A stretch of 64,000 nucleotides of DNA, taken from Mobula hypostoma (taxonomy: Eukaryota). A program made the translations under genes and the position numbers. Each line of letters opens with the position of its first letter. Position 1 is the stretch's first letter. Where the stretch lies: the NCBI RefSeq assembly GCF_963921235.1, contig NC_086121.1, positions 29,326,001-29,390,000 of the forward strand, read 5' to 3'. Positions 59,328 to 64,000 of this stretch are shown piece by piece. The notes under the pieces were generated by a model. It was not told the DNA's origin, searched no databases, and worked only from the letters and a program-made list of their open reading frames with translations.

Positions 59328-62300
59328 TCCTGTACGTCTGGGACAAGCAGTCGGGACGCCGCTTTTTGGTCGACACCGGAGCGGAGATCAGTGTCTTACC
59401 TCCAACGAGTTACGACACCCGCAACAGAGAACCGGGACCCACCCTGAGGGCCGCTACTGGCAGCACAATACGAACCTACGGCACCCGCACGGTGCGGCTA
59501 CAGTTCAGCTCCAGCCGGTTCACGTGGGACTTCACACTGGCCGCCATGGCCCAACCACTGCTGGGGGCAGATTTTCTACGAGCCCACAGCCTGCTGGTCG
59601 ACTTGCAAGGGAAGCGATTAGTCCACGCCAAGACTTTTCAAACGTTCTCCCTGGGTGAAGCACAGTTGCCAGCCCCACACCTGGACTCCATCACGCTGTC
59701 CGACGATGAATTCACCAGGGTCCTGGCGGATTTCCCATCAGTACTGACACCGCAGTTCACGGCAGCCATGCCCAGACACGGAGTACAGCACCACATCCCG
59801 ACCCAGGGACCACCCCTCCACGCCCGTGCTCGAAGGCTTCCCCCGGACAAGCTCCGACTGGCGAAGGAGGAGTTCAAGAAGATGGAGGAATTAGGGATCA
59901 TACGACGGTCCGACAGCCCATGGGCCTCCCCCCTTCACATGGTGCCCAAGGCAACGGGGGGCTGGAGACCATGCGGTGACTACCGCAGACTGAACGAGGC
60001 TACAACGCCAGACCGCTACCCTGTGCCGCACATTCAAGACTTCGCAGCAAACCTACACGGCGCAAGGATCTTTTCCAAGGTAGACCTCGTCCGGGGATAC
60101 CATCAAATCCCTGTACATCCAGACGACATCCCCAAAACAGCACTTATCACCCCGTTCGGACTTTTCGAATTCCTCCGAATGCCGTTTGGTCTAAAGAATG
60201 CCGCACAGACTTTCCAGCGGCTAATGGACGCGGTGGGAAGCGACCTGGACTTTGTATTTATCTATTTGGACGACATCCTCATAGCCAGCAGTAGTCGGCA
60301 GGAGCATCTGTCCCACCTCCGCCAGCTCTACTCCCGCCTGAGTGAATTCGGCCTTACAATCAATCCAGCCAAATGCCAGTTCGGACTCGACACCATCGAC
60401 TTCATGGGCCACAGGATTACTAAAGACGGGGCAACCCCGCTGCCCGCCAAGGTAGACGCGGTCCGCCACTTCCCCCGACCCAACACAATCAAAGGCTTGC
60501 AGGAATTCGTGGGTATGGTGAATTTCTACCACCGTTGCCTCCCCTCAGCAGCCCGAACCATGCGCCCCTTGTTCACTCTAATGTCGGGTAAGGGCAAGGA
60601 CATTACCTGGAACGAAGAGGCCGCAACCGCTTTCGTTAAAACCAAAGAAGCCTTGGCAAACGCCGCAATGCTAGTGCACCCCAGAACGGACGTTCCTACT
60701 GCCCTCACGGTGGACGCATCCAACACAGCAGTCGGTGGAGTGCTGCAACAACTCATCGAGGGTCGCTGGCAACCCCTGGCGTTCTTCAGCAAACACCTAC
60801 GACCACCCGAACTCAAATACAGTGCTTTCGACCGGGAGCTATTGGCACTATACCTGGCAATCCGGCATTTCAGGTACTTCTTAGAAGGTAGGCCCTTCAC
60901 CGCGTTCACAGACCACAAACCGCTTACCTTTGCGTTCACTAAGGTGTCCGACCCCTGGTCGTCCCGCCAGCAGCGACATCTGTCCTACATCTCCGAGTAC
61001 ACGACGGACATCCGGCATGTCTCTGGAAAGAACAATGTCGTGGCAGACGCACTTTCCAGACCTACCATACAGGCCCTGTCCCAGGGGGTGGACTATGCAG
61101 CGCTGGCAGAGGCACAGCAGGCAGACGCTGAGATCCCCAGTTACAGGACTGCAGTCTCCGGTTTGCAGCTCCAAGACCTCCCCATAGGCCCAGGTGAGAG
61201 GACCCTACTATGTGACGTAGCTACTGGCCAACCCCGCCCCGTCGTCCCAGCAGCCTGGCGCCGGCGGGTGTTCGAATCCATTCACAACTTAGCGCACCCC
61301 TCCATCAGGACAACTGTCCGGCTGGTCTCCAACAGGTTCGTGTGGCATGGACTTCGTAAACAGGTCAGTGAATGGGCCAAAACGAGTATGCAGTGCCAAA
61401 CGGCCAAGGTGCAGCGGCACACCAAGGCTCCACCGCAGCAGTTCAAACCCACCCGCCGGAGGTTCGACCACATCCATGTGGATATCGTGGAGCCCCTGCC
61501 AGTGTCACGAGGAGCGCGGTACCTCCTAACTATGATAGACCGGTTCACCAGATGGCCAGAGGCAGTCCCGCTCAGCGACACCACCTCCGAATCCTGCGCC
61601 CAAGCACTGATCGCAACCTGGGTAGCACGCTTTGGGGTACCGGCCCACATTACCTCCGACAGGGGCGCCCAGTTCACCTCCAGCCTGTGGTCGGCTATGG
61701 CCAGACTTTTAGGAACACAGCTACACCACACAACTGCCTACCACCCACAGTCGAACGGACTAGTGGAGCGCTTCCACCGTCACCTGAAATCGGCTCTCAT
61801 GGCCCGCCTGGAGGGGCCTAACTGGGTGGACAAACTTCCCTGGGTCCTGCTCGGAATCCGCACGGCGCCCAAAGAGGATCTACACACCTCGTCGGCTGAG
61901 TTGGTGTACGGCGCGCCCTGGTTGTCCCAGGAGAGTTCATACCAGCCCCAAGGGGGCAAGAGGAAGAACCCACAGCAGTCCTGGACAGACTACGGGAGAG
62001 GCTCGGTAACCTGGCCCCCATACCCACTTCACAGCACGGACAGAGCCCGACCTGCGTACCCAAAGACCTGCAGAACTGTAAGTTTCTTTTTGTACGACGG
62101 GGCGGACACCGGGCACCACTACAGCGGCCCTACGAGGGGCCGTTTAAGGTGATCAGGAACAACGGGTCCACGTTCGTGCTGGACATTGGGGGGAGAGAGG
62201 AGGTTTTCACGGTGGACCGACTCAAACTGGCCCATGTGGACTTGGCGCAACCGGTCCAGGCTCAGGCACCGCGGCGCAGGGGCAGACCTCCCAAACAGAG

Positions 62301-62358
62301 GCCGATCCAGACTGTGGACATTGGGGGAGGTATCGCCGGTTCTGGGGGGGGGGGGTTA
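59270..62358 (+). CDS. Pol (PR-RT-RNase H-IN) with a 1-nt frameshift near 61917 before the GPY/F region
   Basis: [30 protein letters not shown]...SDRGAQF...NGLVERFH; C-terminus [11 protein letters not shown]...TVDRLK continues in another frame. Confidence 0.9.
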
Positions 62359-62645
62359 TGTGGCGACCCACTTTCTGGCACCCACGAACCGGCTCACGAA
62401 ACAGCGCGCGCAGGCAGAGGGCCGGCAGCAAAAAGGGCGCCAGGCCATCTTCACCAGCAGGGGGAAAATCCCGCACGCAGAAAGGGTCTGGGAATATGCA
62501 TTCCCCACAGTAGTCCCGCCCAGGGAGGGCGGGAACGGGAAGGCTTTAAAGCGGGCCGCGAAGTTTGAATAAATCTCTTTCATCGCAACTCTAACTCACC
62601 GACTCCGTGTGGTTATTCTAGCGCTGTGTGTAGCACATCGCTACA
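62359..62645 (+). repeat. 3' LTR (287 bp)
   Basis: Follows the poly-G tract; ends gctaca plus TSD ACAT. Confidence 0.97.
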
Positions 62646-62894
62646 ACATTGTATTTTTGACTTCTTACTCCAAATGCACTGTCAACTGTTTCTGTCATTG
62701 ACCTGATGATATGAAAAACTCACTGCAGATGCATGACGGGGTAGGAAACTGTCTTCTGAGGAGCAACAGATGAAGTAAGATTCAGCAAGGGACAAATGTT
62801 GCTGTTTATGAAGCCAGATTTATTCCAAGCAATTATACCTCACAAAGGCAGGCAAATGATGCCAATGACAAAGTTTAATCAGACAGAAGTAGTA

Positions 62895-64000
62895 TAGGGT
62901 GACAATAAGTACTCCTGTTTGAGTACTGTTGCGGGGGGGGGGGGCACAATTTACCTGCGGGAAGCAACAGTGGCCGTGCCTCCGGCACAGAGTCCGGCCC
63001 TATAGCTCAGAAGGGTAGGGAAAGGAAGAGGAGGGCAGTAGTAATAGGGGACTCAATCGTTAGGGGGTCAGATAGGCGATTCTGTGGACGCTGGCAGGAG
63101 ACCCGGATGGTAGTTTGCCTCCCTGGTGCCAGGGTCCGGGATGTTTCTGATCGCGTCCAAGATTTCCTGAAGTGGGAGGGTGAGCAGCCAGAAGTCGTGG
63201 TACATATAGGTACCAATGACATAGGTAGGAAAAGGGAAGAGGTCCTGAAAGGAGAATATAGGGAGTTAGGAAGGGAGTTGAGAAGAAGGACTGCAAAGGT
63301 AGTAATCTCAGGATTACTGCCTGTGCTACACCACAGTGAGAGTAGGAATGGAATGAGGTGGAGGATAAATGCGTGGCTCAGGGATTGGAGCAGGGGGCAG
63401 GGATTCAAGTTTCTGGATCATTGGGACCTCTTTTGGGGCAGGTGTGACCTGTACAAAAAGGACGGGTTGCACTTGAATCTGAGGGGGACCAATATCCTGG
63501 CGGGGAGATTTGTGAAGGCTACTGGGGAGACTTTGAACTGGAATGGTTGGGGGGTGGGAATCAAATTGAGGAGAGGAGGTTAGTTCACAAATAGAGAAAG
63601 CTAATAGACAGTGAGTGAGGGAGGATAGGCAGGTGACAGAGAAGGGGAGCACTCAGACCGAAGATGGAGGGGAGAAGGAACAAAAAGAACAAAGTTGTTT
63701 GCACCATTAGGGATAAACAGAGAATGAGAGGTGGAGAGTTTCTTAAATGCATCTATTTTAATGCTAGGAGCATTGTAAGAAAAGTGGATGAGCTTAGAGC
63801 ATGGATTGATACCTGGAAATATGATGTTGTTGCTATTAGTGAAACATGGTTGCAGGAAGGGTGTGATTGGCAACTAAATATTCCTGGATTTCATTGCTTC
63901 AGGTGTAATAGAATCGGAGGGGCAAGAGGGGGAGGTGTTGCATTGCTTGTCAGAGAAAATATTACAGTGGTGCTTTGGCAGGATAGATTAGAGGGCTCGT
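62895..64000 (+). mobile_element. CR1 LINE: ORF1 SGNH esterase domain and start of ORF2 endonuclease; continues beyond the window
   Basis: VIGDSIVRG, CLPGA, VHIGTND and DGLHLN (esterase); YFNARSI, ISETWL and GGGVALLV (APE). Confidence 0.9.

Larger units (their letters stand above)
58266..62645 (+). mobile_element. Full-length CsRn1-clade Ty3/Gypsy LTR retrotransposon
   Basis: 287-bp LTRs (TG...CA; 6 substitutions counted); perfect TSD ACAT (58262-58265, 62646-62649); tRNA-Trp PBS TGGTGACCCCGA 58555-58566; G-rich PPT; CHCC gag motif. Confidence 0.96.

Noticed and set aside
58730-61731. Several antisense ORFs over gag-pol (also 15767-16201 and 17690-18136)
   Set aside because: Shadow ORFs of GC-rich coding sequence with no independent signal

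Overview
Eukaryotic, repeat-rich vertebrate DNA. The repeat families (CR1, Rex1/Babar, V-SINE/HE1-like, DeuSINE, Penelope) point to a cartilaginous fish, probably a ray; this is inference. The whole window lies inside one minus-strand host gene, ARHGEF10L (RhoGEF). I reconstructed 16 phase-compatible GT-AG coding exons between 56294 and 12092 (2036 nt) covering the acidic N-terminal region, DH domain, PH-like region and start of the C-terminal region; neither end of the gene was found in the window. The introns hold three LTR retroelements: (1) a very young 4.8-kb Gmr1-type element with apparently identical 837-bp LTRs and one open 951-aa ORF, in which Gag and protease are intact but integrase/RT/RNase H survive only as in-frame, catalytically dead remnants; (2) a near-intact 4.4-kb CsRn1-clade Gypsy element with a -1 frameshift cassette; (3) an old 1.8-kb gag-only LTR element. 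Also present: a Buster/Charlie hAT transposon and MITE, a Tc1 derivative, 3'-truncated L1 and RTE copies, CR1 and Rex fragments, SINEs, and many Penelope remnants carrying minimal hammerhead ribozyme motifs, including short fold-back insertions with 13-14 bp TSDs centred on the ribozyme. Family assignments come from remembered motifs; no database searches were run.
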